From Octopus sinensis (lineage: Eukaryota), in the NCBI RefSeq assembly GCF_006345805.1, contig NC_043001.1, positions 11,036,001-11,100,000 on the forward strand: 64,000 nt of DNA, written 5' to 3'. Position 1 is the stretch's first letter. Every line of letters starts with the position of its first letter. Below, piece after piece: positions 38,527 to 51,599 of this stretch. Below the pieces are notes generated by a model. It was not told the DNA's origin. It ran no database searches and was given only the letters and a program-made list of their open reading frames with translations. The translations under genes were made by a program, and so were the position numbers.

Positions 38527-38937
38527 AACGTCATGTATCATCCTCGAGGTATCATCCTTGAGGTATCATCCTCTATCTCTCTAAGCTCTACATTGTTCGT
38601 CATAAAAGATTAAAAACGAAACACTGGTCCTCCGTCGGTTACGACGTCGAGTGTTCCACATGATCCGATCAACGGAACAGCCTGCTCGGGAAATGAACAC
38701 TGCACGGACACATGTACCCTCAACGTAGTTCTCGGGGATGTTCAGTGTGACACAGAATGTGACAAGGCTGGCCCCGTTTGAATTACAGGTACCACTCATT
38801 TTTTTACAGCTGACTGGACTGGAGCAACGTGAAATAAAGTGTCTTGCCCGAGGACACAATGCGCGGCCGGGAATCGAACCCACGAAGTTACGGTCGTGAG
38901 CTGAAGGCCCCCAACCACTCAGCAACGCTCCTTCGTT
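38527..38937 (-). mobile_element. SINE C variant plus 3' extension, copy 2
   Basis: Duplicate of 36287-36683. Confidence 0.8.
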
Positions 38938-39147
38938 AGACTATACGAATGCGGTGACCTGGCAGAATCATTTGCACGCCCAACGAAATGCTGAGCAGAA
39001 ATTCTTCTTCTGACTCTTTGCATACTGAGCTCGAATCCTACTGAGGTCAGTTTTTACCTTTCATTCTTTCGGCGTCGATGAAATAAGAACCAGTAGAAAA
39101 CTGTGGCCAGTATAATCAACTAGCTCCTTCTCAAAAGTTTCTAGCTT

Positions 39148-39564
39148 TACTCTTTACTCTTTTACTCTTTTACTTGTTTCAGTCATTTGACTGCGGCCAT
39201 GCTGGAGCACCACCTTTAATCGAGCAACTCGACCCCGGTACTTATTCTTTTGTAAGCCCAGTACTTATTCTATCGGTCTCTTTTGCCGAACCGCTAAGTA
39301 ACGGGGACATAAACACACCAGCATCGGTTGTCAAGCAATGCTAGCGGGACAAACACACTCACACAAACACACACACACACATACGTATATATACATATAT
39401 ACAATGTGCTTCTTTCAGTTTCCGTCTACCAAATCCACTCACAAGGCTTTAGTCGGCCCGAGGCTATAGTAGAAGACACTTGCCCAAGGTGCCACGCAGT
39501 GGGACTGAACCCGGAACCATATGGCTGGTAAACAAGCTACTTACCACACAGCCACTCCTGCGCC
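39148..39564 (-). mobile_element. SINE A, clean full-length copy
   Basis: Complete head, body and (GAGTAAAA)n tail. Confidence 0.92.
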
Positions 39565-39668
39565 TATGTGCATATACTTAGAAAAATATTAGACGATGTA
39601 GCTCTGTATGTGTGTATGTATGTGAGTGTGTATGTGTGCGTGTATTTAAAATAAGAAATGGAAAGGGA

Positions 39669-40466
39669 GAATAGGAAGTTAATAATTGTTAATTATTAAC
39701 AACAAACTAATCATCTTCTCTTCTTACAGCCGTTTCGATTAATACTCAATACTTTAATTACAAATTTGTACAGTAAATTTACATTTATGTGACATGAGTA
39801 TAACTTCATCAGAGGAAAACAAATGTACCTTTGGGTGTTATATGAGGGCTTATCAATTCATTTTAGCAGACTAAGTAACCTGTAACAGATTAAATCTGCT
39901 AAAATGAATTCATAGGCCGACATATAACATCCAAAAGTACATCTTTTTCCTCTGATGAAATTATACTCATGTCACGGCGGAGGCGCAATGGCCCAGTGGT
40001 TAGGGCAGCGGACTCGCGGTCGTAGGATCGCGGTTTCGATTCCCATACCGGGCGTTGTGAGTGTTTATTGAGCGAAAACACCTAAAGCTCCACGAGGCTC
40101 CGTCAAGGGATGGTGGTGATCCCTGCTGTACTCTTTCACCACAACTTTTTCTCACTCTTACTTCCTGTTTCTGTTCTACCTGTATTTCAAAGGGGCCAGC
40201 CCTTGTCACTCTCTGTGTCACGCTGAATATCCCCGAGAACTACGTTAAGGGTACACGTGTCTGTGGAGTGCTCAGCCACTTGCACGTTAATTCCACGAGC
40301 AGGCTGTTCCATTGATCGGATCAACCGGAACCCTCGTCATTAAATGTAATTTTAATGTACAAATTTGTTATTAAATTACCGAGTATTAATTGAAACGGCT
40401 GTAAGAAGCGAAGATGACGAATTTATTGTTGATAGTAAAAAAACAATTATTGACTTCCTAATCTCT
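39669..40466. mobile_element. Palindromic Penelope-like terminal-repeat pair interrupted by SINE C
   Basis: 39669-39870 is inverse to 39895-39975 plus 40339-40466; HHR core in each arm. Confidence 0.75.
39976..40338 (+). mobile_element. SINE C, full-length
   Basis: A- and B-boxes, body and GGAACCCTCGTC tail. Confidence 0.9.
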
Positions 40467-40772
40467 GTTTTCTTTCTTTTAAATAGTTATAAACTATATG
40501 CTTTATATATACCTGTTATTTTAAGGAAATCTATTCCCCCAAAGTACTAGGTATTGAATCAGTACTTCCTTGGATAAGACCATCCCTTCATGAGGTTAAC
40601 ATATCCTCTAATTAAATTTTATATATATTCATATATATATATATATGAACAAAACATTCAAACATTAAGGTTTGAAATAAAATGTTACAACAGTTCATAT
40701 CTGTAGATGACAATAATAATGAAAATGACAATAATAATAATAACAATAATAATAATAATAATAATAATAATA

Positions 40773-41303
40773 GCCCTGATGCAGTACCAGGCAGTGGCTC
40801 TCATGGCTTCTGATCCTAACTGATTGGAAGTGTTATCATGTACATTGTTTTGTCTTGGTATAAAAGATGGGCTACAGCAAATATTCTGCTCAATACCACA
40901 GATTTGCTTGTCAGTTGTTTGACCTTAACCAGTTGAGCATGTCCCTTAGTGGCTGACGATATGTGCATTTCTGATCATGAGCAGAAGCAGTGGGGGAGCA
41001 TCATAGCCATGTGTTGAGAAGGATTCTTTGGGGTTTGAATAGTTCACCTCTGGAAACATGGGTGTTTCGTTCAACATCTTTAAACAATCCTTATTCAGGG
41101 ACCTTTTGAGCAGGATGTGTTACTCGACCTGAAGGAAATTCTAACTGGGCCCCACCTGCAAGGTCATGTGCTGTTTATCACTATGTCGCGCACATATGGT
41201 TGTGATGCATGTGCCTTATCAGATGGGTAGTCATGATGGGTATACTGGACTTCGTATACTTTACCCCAGTGTCACTTTGATGGCATGCACTGCTCTCTCA
41301 CTC
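40773..41303 (+). mobile_element. ~540-bp (AAT)n-associated element, copy 5
   Basis: Full termini, flanked by (AAT)n on both sides; two small internal deletions. Confidence 0.9.
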
Positions 41304-41438
<135 letters not shown>

Positions 41439-41987
41439 CATCATCATTATTATTATTTACGTCCACAAGGGTCAAACACAAAGAGGCCAGCACAAGGACA
41501 GACAGAACACCACAATGGGAGCAAAAACATAAAACAAATGAAAAATGAGAGAAATGTTATAAAAATTAAAAAAAGTTATATAAAAATGAAATATAAAATG
41601 GCTGCATGAGCCCCACTCTCATGCAGTACCATTTGAACGTTTTTTCTCGTAGTTTATAATCATTTTTTCCGTTTTTCTTTGTTTTTTTTTTCTCCATTAG
41701 CATCGTTTCTGTTCTCTCTTTTTTAAAACAATTTTACTGTTTTTTGTTTTTTGTAATCTACTATGAATGGTTCCAGTTCTCTTAATTTCACTATCATCGG
41801 CAGCTTGTCAAACTCCACAGCAAATCCCAGCGGATCAATTTTACACGTCTCCTTCAACCTGTTGTATCTGTCTTAGCCAATTAAAATGACTTTCACATTT
41901 TCTCCGTACGTATCAGTCGGCAGCTTAACCCTTATCACAGTCTTAAACCTAGTTATCATTCTTTCAGTTGCTGTGCTATTAGGATAT

Positions 41988-42041
<54 letters not shown>

Positions 42042-42106
42042 TATTAGTAAAAACGGTAAGATAACAGAAGAAAGAAAGACATTAATATTATTTAAATAGA
42101 GGAATT

Positions 42107-42332
42107 TATCTGTAAAATTATATGTAACAATTATTCAGTAGCCAAGATAAAACTCTGAGTTTCGGATGCCGGGGTGGAAATCCACACCACCATCTCTTCG
42201 GTTATCTGAGCGTTAAGAATATGTCATGGCCAGATAACCGAAGAGATGGTGGTGTGGATTTCCACCCCGGCATCCGAAACTCAGAGTTTTATCTTAGCTA
42301 CTGAATAATTGTCACATATTGTTTTACAGATA
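42107..42332. repeat. Near-perfect palindrome: 102-bp arms and a 22-nt loop (PLE-like)
   Basis: Arms 42107-42208 and 42231-42332 with 4 mismatches by manual alignment. Confidence 0.93.
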
Positions 42333-42340
42333 TGTATATA

Positions 42341-42856
42341 TACTAGCAGTATCGCCCGGCGTTGCTCGGGTTTGTAAGGGAAATAACTATATAAGCATTT
42401 TTAGAGAGTTATTTCCCTTATAGATGCCAATTCGGGCTTTCTTAGCCATTTCTGTTTTGGTGTCTTCAAGCCATGAAGTCGTCGTTCTAAAAGAACGCTG
42501 GTCTCCTTGACAACGCTTTACGACGTTGATTTCCTTACACTCCCTTCCCCACAGCTTCACGAGGGAGGGAAGAAAGGGGAGAAGCAAACAGGTGCAGGTG
42601 TGACTATGGACGCCAACTCCGCCGCCATCGACACACGAAAAATTATGCATTAAAATGGAATAAAAAATGATGTTAAATTATTTTTAAAATCGTAGACTCA
42701 TCGTAGACACGCGCTAATACTCAGACGGGCTCGATATGAATCACGACTATAAGATACCCGAATTTGGTTAAACTGCACCGCAAAATGTGGGAGTAGTTAG
42801 GAATCTAAATCGAAGGGGACAGACACTCACACAACTACAGTTTTATATATATAGAT
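42341..42856 (+). mobile_element. Helitron/Helentron-like non-autonomous element, second body type
   Basis: Same termini as 35884-36274; short internal inverted repeat GGGAAATAACT...AGTTATTTCCC. Confidence 0.6.
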
Positions 42857-43181
42857 ATATATATATATACTATTAAATAAACACTATATATATATATATG
42901 CTACTATTAATTTCATGTACTGAGAACATGTGAAACAGTATTTTTAACGTCTGGTGTCCTGGCAAAATCATCAGACACAGGAGTGTCTGATGATTATTCT
43001 AGGACACTAAAAGAATGATTTTGCAAGGACACATAAAAACATATATTGTGTTTATTAAATATTATTTATCTGTCACCAAATGTAGTGCCTTTTTGTTGAC
43101 CTTACCATCACGGAACAGTACACTATGTATGCATGTATGTATGTGTGTGTCTGTGTGTATGTGTGTGGGTGGGTTTATACA

Positions 43182-43258
<77 letters not shown>

Positions 43259-43269
43259 CATACATATAT

Positions 43270-43487
43270 TAGACAAAACAGATAACAAAGCCAAGGCCGT
43301 GAAGAGTTTTCAGAACATATATAAGGAAAGCGATATAGTCTTACAGCTGTTTCTGGGACATTATGGATATCGTCTCTGATGGAGGGATATCCATAATGTC
43401 CCAGAAACAGCTGTAAGACTATATATCTTTCCTTATAAATGTCCTGAAAACTCCTCACAGCCTTGGCTTTGTTATCTGTTTTTGTCT

Positions 43488-43489
<2 letters not shown>
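43270..43489. mobile_element. Palindromic PLE terminal repeat (family P3) with a hammerhead motif at 43372-43419
   Basis: ~100-bp arms with a 14-nt spacer; GTCT-CTGATGG-A-GGGATAT(CCATA)ATGTCCC-A-GAAA-CAGCTG-TA-AGAC. Confidence 0.8.
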
Positions 43490-43523
<34 letters not shown>

Positions 43524-44117
43524 TATATACATATAGCGTACTAGTGTTCATAACGGAATCGCTTTTGCTCATAAATCTGGTCGGTTATGGGTCATCTCTG
43601 GCAAAATGCTACAGTACCAATTCCAGATTGTCTTGAATATTCTCTAATAAGAAAATACTCTGAACCGTTCTTCAAGTCATTCTTTTCACCTAATAACCTT
43701 TAATAACATTAACATGGTTCATTTTCAGGCCATTATTCAGCCAATAATTTCCTCATGAACAATTCATAACATAATTAAGGTCACCTCTTTGAGCTACGAT
43801 GTTTCATTATATTGTCCTAAGAAGATGTTTTTATGCCTAAAACAACATACTGATTAGTTTCTCAGAACAAACTTCATTCTTCGAGGCATATTAGCACTTC
43901 ATTCTCCACAGTTCCTTACTTTTTCTCAGCTGTAATTATTATACATCATTCTTGAAGCAAATTATCAATTCCATCTCAGGAGTGAAAGCTATTCTTTTGA
44001 CAGCAAAATAGTATAAAGTAAACTTTTTTTCATTCATTAACCTTTATGAAGCTCTGTTCTTTTTCCATCGAGAAAAAAATCGGAAAATGTTTTTTAAAAT
44101 GTTCAATTTATATATAT

Positions 44118-44498
44118 AACAGCAAAACGGGGCGCCACTGCATGGTGCCAAAGATCCCAACATCACCATCAAAATACAGGACCAGATACTGCAACAGCTT
44201 GGATTTCCGGGGACCACAGCTCTTCAATATCCTTCCTAAATGCTTGAGAGACCTGCATAGTGTGGATGTGAGTTTCTTTAAAACTAAACTGGATCTCTTC
44301 TTGTCAGGGGTTCCAGATGAAGCTACCTCTCGGCAGGAAACACAGATGCGGGCAATGGCGTCGAACTCCCTTGTTGATCAAGTGCCACGTATCAGAGGTG
44401 GTTTCACATACTAGTGTAGCTCGTTCAACGGTGGTGCCCCAGCATGGCCACAGCCTTCGGGCTGAAACATTTTTAAGGATTTAAGGATTTAAGGATTT
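44118..44498 (+). mobile_element. CR1-type LINE 3' end with stem-loop and (AAGGATTT)3 tail
   Basis: RTRYCNSLDFRGPQLFNILPKCLRDLHSVDVSFFKTKLDLFLSGVPDE matches CR1/L2 xWNxLP...FKxxLDxxL; stop at 44412-44414. Confidence 0.88.
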
Positions 44499-45124
44499 AG
44501 TGGAAAATATTTGCTTAAGTTTATAGCATGCTGATAATTTCAAATAAGGGTGAAATGGTGCTGTACAATGCAAACTACGACTAAAGTATTTTAGATGTTT
44601 GTAAGGAGTAGAAAAAATAATTTCTTAAAAATATTAAACATTTATATTCTGTTTATCTCCTATGTTACTCTTCGACTTAAAACTAAAACTTGTGAACCCA
44701 TCAGGATTAGGCTAGAAATGATTATCTCCCTTAAAATAACTATCACCCAGGAACACTAAAGAACTGTAATTGTCTTTTCTGAAAAATGTCGGTAGCATCC
44801 AACTTGATAACTTCATTACATCATTTAAACTCTACAAATGACGAGAGAAAAAATGAAAAGTAATTATAGGGGCTCAAATAGCTAAACTTCGACACGTTTG
44901 GGTAGAAATTCTGTGAATAAGTAAGTGATTAGTGACCGAAAGGTACCAATGTATTCTCATAGATGTATCTGATTCTCTAAAGAAAGGAATAACTTTCGTC
45001 GAGTCGAAATTAAACAGTGAGCATATTCTCTTCAACTAAAAGAAATTTCAGCTATCACTCATAAGTTGGTTGCTCGCATTACGTTTTCGTTGGTTATTTT
45101 TGGGTGCTTAGTATAGTTGCGAAC

Positions 45125-45160
45125 AAACGACGTTTCGGTCTAACCAACCTTCGTCAAGTT
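45125..45160 (-). ncRNA. Minimal hammerhead motif (C3U variant, GUC cleavage triplet)
   Basis: AAC-TTGACGA-A-GGT(TGGTTAG)ACC-GAAA-CG-TC-GTTT. Confidence 0.5.
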
Positions 45161-45194
45161 AACATCAAAGATGTGACAGATGGAGGGAGATAGT

Positions 45195-46475
45195 GCAGCA
45201 CTGGTAGTCGACTGGTATTCTTTTACAGCTGAGTTTACATTGGAACAACGCGAAATGATGTGCTTTGCTCAAAGATACAACGCGTCGCTAGGCACAGGAA
45301 TTGAACCTACGACTTTATGATCGTGAGCCAAACTCCGTCGCCTTTAGATCACGTGTATTCACTCAAGAAATGGAATACAAGCAATAAATGAAATTTAGTA
45401 TCCTGCCTTATATTCTCAATGTATCTGAGCTTTAAAAATATGTTATATAGTTAGTAGAGGTGTATATAATGTCTTCATATGAAGAACGATACAACTGGAG
45501 CAACGCCATGAAACCACATAAATATGTTTAATGGGATTTTGAATGATATACTTTAATCAATATTGAGGCAGAAGATGTTCGCATACAATATATATTCCGT
45601 GATAATCTCAGAACCTTTCAAATTGAATTAAAAGTGAATTGTACTATTCTGAACACATTGTAATTTATTGATATGCGATCAACTGATAAACAAGCAAGGA
45701 AGAATTTTACATCTCAATCCTGGAGTTGATTAAGACATTAATAAGAATGTCACAAGGAACTCACACAACAATTTACGAATGCTTCTTATTTTTCAACGAG
45801 ACCAAAACCGTAACTACGACATGTTTCGTTGATAAGAAATTGAAATTTATTAGCAAATCCCAATAGTTTTACATATTCCTGCAAGTTATAGAGAAACGTT
45901 AGATTTAGAATATTTTAAATAAGTTTTTATTCAGCCCGGCGGCTATTCACAATATCAGTGAATATATTATTCACAGTTTCTTATATATATCAGAGGGAAG
46001 AGATTTCGTCTCGGCATGTGACTGAAGACTACACGTCATTCCTAAAATATCGGGAAACGGAAACGCACTTGACGTTCTCACATCACGCTGCTGACAAATA
46101 TTCATCTTGTTCCGATACATATAATGCTTCTAGAACAAAATAATCTTTGAAGAGATTTTCTCTCAGACAAAATATCACAGCAAAATTTTTCTCAACAATC
46201 TATATGAGCATGACACATAAATGGTTGGTCCGCATTGCTGTGTAAGGAGCATAGCGCCGGTTTCCCGACCACTCTGGTGTAATATATTCCTCCCTGGACA
46301 GGACGCTAGTCCCTCGCGAGATTACTCGTTTTTAGCAGCTAGGCGGACTGGAGCAGTGGGAAATGAAATGTTTTTTTTTTTCTCAAGAACACAATATATT
46401 GCCTGGTCCTGGAATCGAAACCACAATATCATGATCGTGAGTTCAACTCCTCAACCACCAAGCCATGCACCACCA
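45195..46475 (-). mobile_element. Two diverged CORE-type SINE C copies (45195-45352 and 46270-46475)
   Basis: Inverse heads and GAAATGA(A)GTG...CAAG CORE-like segments; a similar copy lies at 37040-37232. Confidence 0.65.
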
Positions 46476-47194
46476 CATGACGCATCAATGACTGATTTAA
46501 TTTAAAGCTGTTTCAGTTACGTACACCTAGTTTCGCATATTTAATTTAAAGGTCTTGGGAACAAATATAGTTTGACATTATTCTTGATACACGGAATTAA
46601 GTTGATTAGAATCCAAACATCTTTCGAAGTCAATGGGATTCTGAAATTTCTCAGGCCATTATTCTGGATAGAATTCCGAAAATCATGAAGCTGGTGTGAT
46701 TGTTTCAAACTACATAAATAATAGACTAAACGCCAAGTTTCTTCATCTCAAAAAATTCTTACAGACTAAACAGAAATAATGATTAGAAAATTACTATTTT
46801 TAAATCGCACAACGGGAGATATTCAGCAACAGTACTTTGGGATTAAATTACAGCAACATTTGCCCTAAACCAGGATTGTCGTGTTATGCTGGCAAAAATC
46901 TTTACTCCAGAAATAATGATTTCATTCATTAACATGTGACCCCAAATTTGTTAATTGGAATCAGTAGAATCAATCCAAGAATATGGTTCGTACTTCTTTT
47001 ATTGACTCCAGAGACATGAAAGTACGTTGGAGCTCAGTTGGACTTGAACTGGGAAACATGGGAAACAAATTCAAATACTACTTCTCAATCATTTTGAAGC
47101 GAAACTCAGGATATCATAAACAGTATATAATACAACAGGGGATTAAATTTCTGTACGACGCATATGTAACTACCATTTAGAGCTACTTGTTTAT

Positions 47195-47690
47195 TTATTT
47201 ATTGCCCACAAGGGGCTACACACAGAGGGGACAAACAAGGACAGACAAAGGATTAAGTCGATTATATCGACCCCAGTGCGTAACTGGTACTTAATTTATC
47301 GATTCTGGAAGGATGAAAGGCAAAGTCGACCTCGGCGGAATTTGAACTCAGAACGCCTACCGCTACGTTCTGAGTTCAAATTTCGCCGAGGTTGACTTTG
47401 CCTTTCATCCTTTTGGGGTCGATTAAATAAGTACCAGTTACGCACTTAATCGACTTAATCCCTTTGTCTGTCCTTGTTTGTCCCCTCTATGTTTAGCCCC
47501 TCGTGGGTAGTAGAGAAATAGGTATTTCGTTCTGAGTTCAAATTCCGCAGAGGTCGACTTTACCTTTCACCCTTTCGGCATCGGTAAATTAAGTACCATT
47601 TGCGTACTGGGTCGATTTGCTCGACTAAAGGTGGTGCTCCAGCATGGACGCAATCGAATGACTGAAACAAATTAAAAGAGTAAAAGAGAG
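47195..47690. mobile_element. SINE B head-to-head fold-back plus a partial unit and a SINE A tail
   Basis: Minus unit 47195-47355 joined to plus unit 47366-47525. Confidence 0.85.
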
Positions 47691-47991
47691 AGTATCCCTT
47701 CATGGAATTTATTTCTGAATGTTGTGTTCTTCAGATATGGTTGTGTTCTTCAGACGCTCGCTTCTAAAACAAGTAAAAGATAAGAAATAAGTCTGTAGTT
47801 AATAAATAATATAGCATAAATGGTCAGCTTTGGTGTACTATGCTTGGAGAAAAACGACGAGATGGTCATGGCTGGTTTGAATACCTTTGATTATAGATCT
47901 GTCAGATCAAGGTTGATTTGAAGCTAAAATTAGCAGCAACAATACTAATTCTTCCATCCATTTATCTTCTCCACCCACTATTACTTGGAGT

Positions 47992-48626
47992 GGAGGCACA
48001 TGGCCGAGTGGTTAGAGCAGCGGACTCGCGGTCGAGAGATCGCGGGTTCGAATCTCAGAACGTGCGATGTGTGTGTTTATGAGCGAAACACCTAAGCTCC
48101 ACGCGGCTCCAGCAGAAGGTAATGACGAGACTTCTGCTGACTCTTTCGCCACCTCTTTCTCTCACTCATTCCTCCTGCATCTTGCAGCTCACCTGCGACG
48201 GACCGGTGTCCTGTCCAGATGGGGAACCTATACGCCAAGGAAACCGGGAAACCGGCCTTATGAGCCAGGCGTAGCTCGAGAAGGAACAAACAACAACAAT
48301 AAATATTCACCACTTCCTTACCAGTTACGTTAACCCATTGCCTGCCTTGAGTCCTATTTGGGGATCTGCTAAAAAAAAGTCTCACAGCCGGTTGTTCGTT
48401 GTATTTAAAGTAAATTGCTTATGTTCGTTGCATTTTCAGAGGTGTGTTTAACAATATTTAGCAGTTAAAGTTCTGCTGACTCTTTCGCCACCTCTTTCTC
48501 TCACTCATTCCTCCTGCATCTTGCAGCTCACCTGCGACGGACCGGCGCTCCATCCAGGTGGGGAACCTATACGCTAAGGAAACCGGCCCTTATGAGCCAG
48601 GCGTGGCTCGACAAGGAACAAACAAC
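47992..48626 (+). mobile_element. SINE C-headed element with a distinct 3' domain, 175-bp spacer X and a second truncated copy
   Basis: tRNA-like head at 47992; the body resumes at 48471. Confidence 0.8.
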
Positions 48627-49519
48627 TATTACTTGGAGGGTGGTAGGTATAAGTCCTCAGGTATCTCTTTCATAGGGTCCAACCAAAAGCAGTCATCATT
48701 TCACTTTCCGTTCTTGGAAAGCGAAATCATCATTTCACTTTTCTTTCCGTTTATTAGTATTAAGTTACTGAACTAAAAGCAAGACAGGCTTAAAATACGA
48801 TGCATAATTACGAACAAATTAACTTAAGACACACCAAAGAAGACAGTTATTTAAATGAGAATTGATTTAGCGAATAATCCACGAAAATTGTATATAAGTG
48901 TTAAGAAGATTATGAGATTTTTCATTTAGAAAATTAGAACCGCCACCACAAATGTATTGATACGAGATATTACAAAAGCATGATCTTTCGCTAAAATACT
49001 TCCAAGAATATTATAGAGACATTCAAATTTGATAGAAGAGGAATGTAAGAACAATATGGTTCATAAAGTCGATGAAACTGTCTGATATAGCTAATTTTAT
49101 TGCCTACGATAATGTCTGTGTTCTTTTGAAACACGTGTGTTTGAAGAACACTGCAACGATAAAAAAAACAACAACGTTAAAACTTTTGCATTGTTTTCAA
49201 CTATGATATCTTTATCTTTCATCTTTTACTTGCTTTAATTATTGGACTACGGCCACGCTGGGGCACCACCTTGAAGTGTTTAGTCAAATAAATCAAAATA
49301 GTCAATGAAATCAAAATTATTTGGAAGCTTGGTATTTATTCAATTGCCCTCTTTTGTCGAACCGCTAGCTTACGGAGACGTAAACAAACTAAACAAAACA
49401 AACACCGATTGTCAAGTCCTGGGAGGACAAACACACACACACACACACACACATACACACACATATATTTATTTATATATATGCATGAATATATATGCAT
49501 GTATGTGTATATATATATA

Positions 49520-49680
49520 TATTTACCAAAAAAAACAAAAGACGAAGACATGTGGTGTAGAAAACAAACAGGTGTATTAGTATAACGTTCGGGAATTGAA
49601 AAAGTCTTTAACGTTTCGAGCTTACGCTCTTCCACAGAAAGGAACAAGGAGAGAAAAAAATGTGTGTAGTGGCTAGCGAT
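49520..49680 (-). mobile_element. Penelope-like terminal repeat, family P2, copy 3 (HHR-like motif 49605-49642)
   Basis: CCTTT-CTGTGGA-A-GAGC(GTAA)GCTC-GAAA-CG-TT-AAAG. Confidence 0.65.
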
Positions 49681-49844
49681 AGGCTTGGGACTAGGGTAGA
49701 AGACACTTGTGCAAGGTTCTGCGAAGTGGAACCGAACCTGAAATCACATGCTTGCAACGCAAGCTTCTTAACCATACATCGATGCCTGCGTCCATTTAAA
49801 AATATACAAAATAATTTTTTTATGATGTTTCTGAAATATTTCAT

Positions 49845-50175
49845 CCCCAACCACTTGGTCCCAGGTTCAGTCCCGCTGGTGGCACCTTGGGGAAGTGTCG
49901 TCTACACCAGCTTCGGGATGGCCAAAGCCCTGTGAGTGGATTTGGTAGATGGAAACTGATAGAAGCCCGTCATATGCGTGTGTGTGTGTGCGCGCGCGTG
50001 CCTGCGTGTGTCTTTGTGTCTGTGTTCGTACCCCACCAAAAGAAACCATTGGAATATGTACCAGGCTCAAAAAATAAGTACTGGGGTCGATATTCATTCG
50101 ACTAAAAGTTCTTCAAGGCTGTGCTCCAGCTTGGCCGCAATCTGATGAGTGAAACAAGAAGAAGGTAAAAAGAGA
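49845..50175 (+). mobile_element. SINE A, diverged (minus-strand pieces at 49210-49440 and 49690-49790)
   Basis: Family match. Confidence 0.7.
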
Positions 50176-51069
50176 TAAAGCAGTGTAGAAATTCAACTGA
50201 AACATTTGTCTTTTGGTTTGAGATTATGAATCAAGCATTAATTACGAATGTTAATAACGTGTGAAATATTAGATTTTGATGAAACAGGGAATCATTAAAT
50301 CTAAAGCGAAACTCCCTGTTAAGTAATAAACGAAGCAATTTGCTGAGATAAATCCCTTTCAGCTTCACATAACTAACCTAATACATCCGGAAAGCTAATA
50401 ATCCTCACCTTTCCTGTAACTACGTGGTTACAGGAGACATTTTTTATATCTTTTGTGAACAGTCTTGCGAAGAGGTGGAATTAAAGTTCGCAAAATTTAA
50501 TCCGACAATCCTCACCGTATATCTGCAGAACATACATGCAATAAAATAATTGTAGAAGCTTAAAAAAAACCCATTAAATATTCTTCTCGCAACGTAAGTG
50601 AAACCTTAAATGCAACAAGTCAACACCATACACAAAACAAACAAAATTCAACGTCAAGTAACTAAACAAAGGAATCACAAAATAAAGGAGACAAAGTGAA
50701 GCTTAAAACTGACAAACATTTTGTAACCAAGACAAACCTTAGAACGAAAAAGCTATAAGATGCGTCAACAATTCTAACAACAGATATATCACATCACATG
50801 TTGCAATAACCACTTTAAATAATGCGCCCTAGCAAGCAAGAAAATTTCATTCTCAATTAGTTTTTTTTACTAAACTCATTCAAGAAAAATGGACGGCGCC
50901 TAACTTCTGCTAAAGTAGCCATCTTGAGTAAAAAAAAAAGAAAAATTCAGGCATTTTCAGAAATCACGAAAACGTACATCCTACACAAAGGGTTTGAAAG
51001 ATTTTCTGTAATTAACAATATTCTTTAATTAGATACACAAATAATGCCCAAAATTAAAGAACTGTGGAA

Positions 51070-51425
51070 ATTCTGAGGAAAGCATGGACATAGAAAATAT
51101 CCAATGAAAAAGTGATGACTCTGGCTACGGTGAATAGAAAACTGCTTCGTGAGATAAGGGCCAAGCAACTGAGATTTCTTGCCATGTGGGGGAAAAGAGG
51201 GGCTGGAGTATTTAGTGAAGGCCGGAAAGATTGAAGGGAAAAGAAGAGGAAGATATGAATACCAAACTTGACAAACTGGTTCGAAGAATGAAACATTAAA
51301 CATCAGGAAGTGGAACTATTACAGAAAACAAAGAACAAAGAATTGCGGCAGGACATTATCGTCACAGGTGATCATTTCATACCTCATACATTCTTCAGAC
51401 ATTCTGGACATGGCGCTTAAAGAAA
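51070..51425 (+). mobile_element. RTE-clade LINE 3' fragment, degraded
   Basis: ILRKAWT*KISNEKVM...KLLREIRAKQLRFL(G)HV...EGLEYLVKAGKIEGKRRG matches the RTE C-terminal GKIEGKRxRGR motif. Confidence 0.8.
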
Positions 51426-51599
51426 TATATCCTTAGACTTAATCCATTTTCCAATTTAATCTAGTACTTATTTTGGCGCGCCTTAACAGAAATCCACACT
51501 TTTGTAAGCATTTAAGCCAGGTCTCCGGTTCAATTAGGATTTTCTGTCATCTTTTTTCTGATCCGTCTCGGAAACCTTGACAGATTAATGCAACTTTGG

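Noticed and set aside
41770-41990. Possible LINE fragment on the minus strand (DRYNRLKETCKIDPLGFAVEFDKLP)
   Set aside because: No diagnostic motif that I can assign.
42950-43010. Small hairpin containing CTGATGA
   Set aside because: No downstream GAAA/stem III arrangement; it is just a short imperfect inverted repeat.
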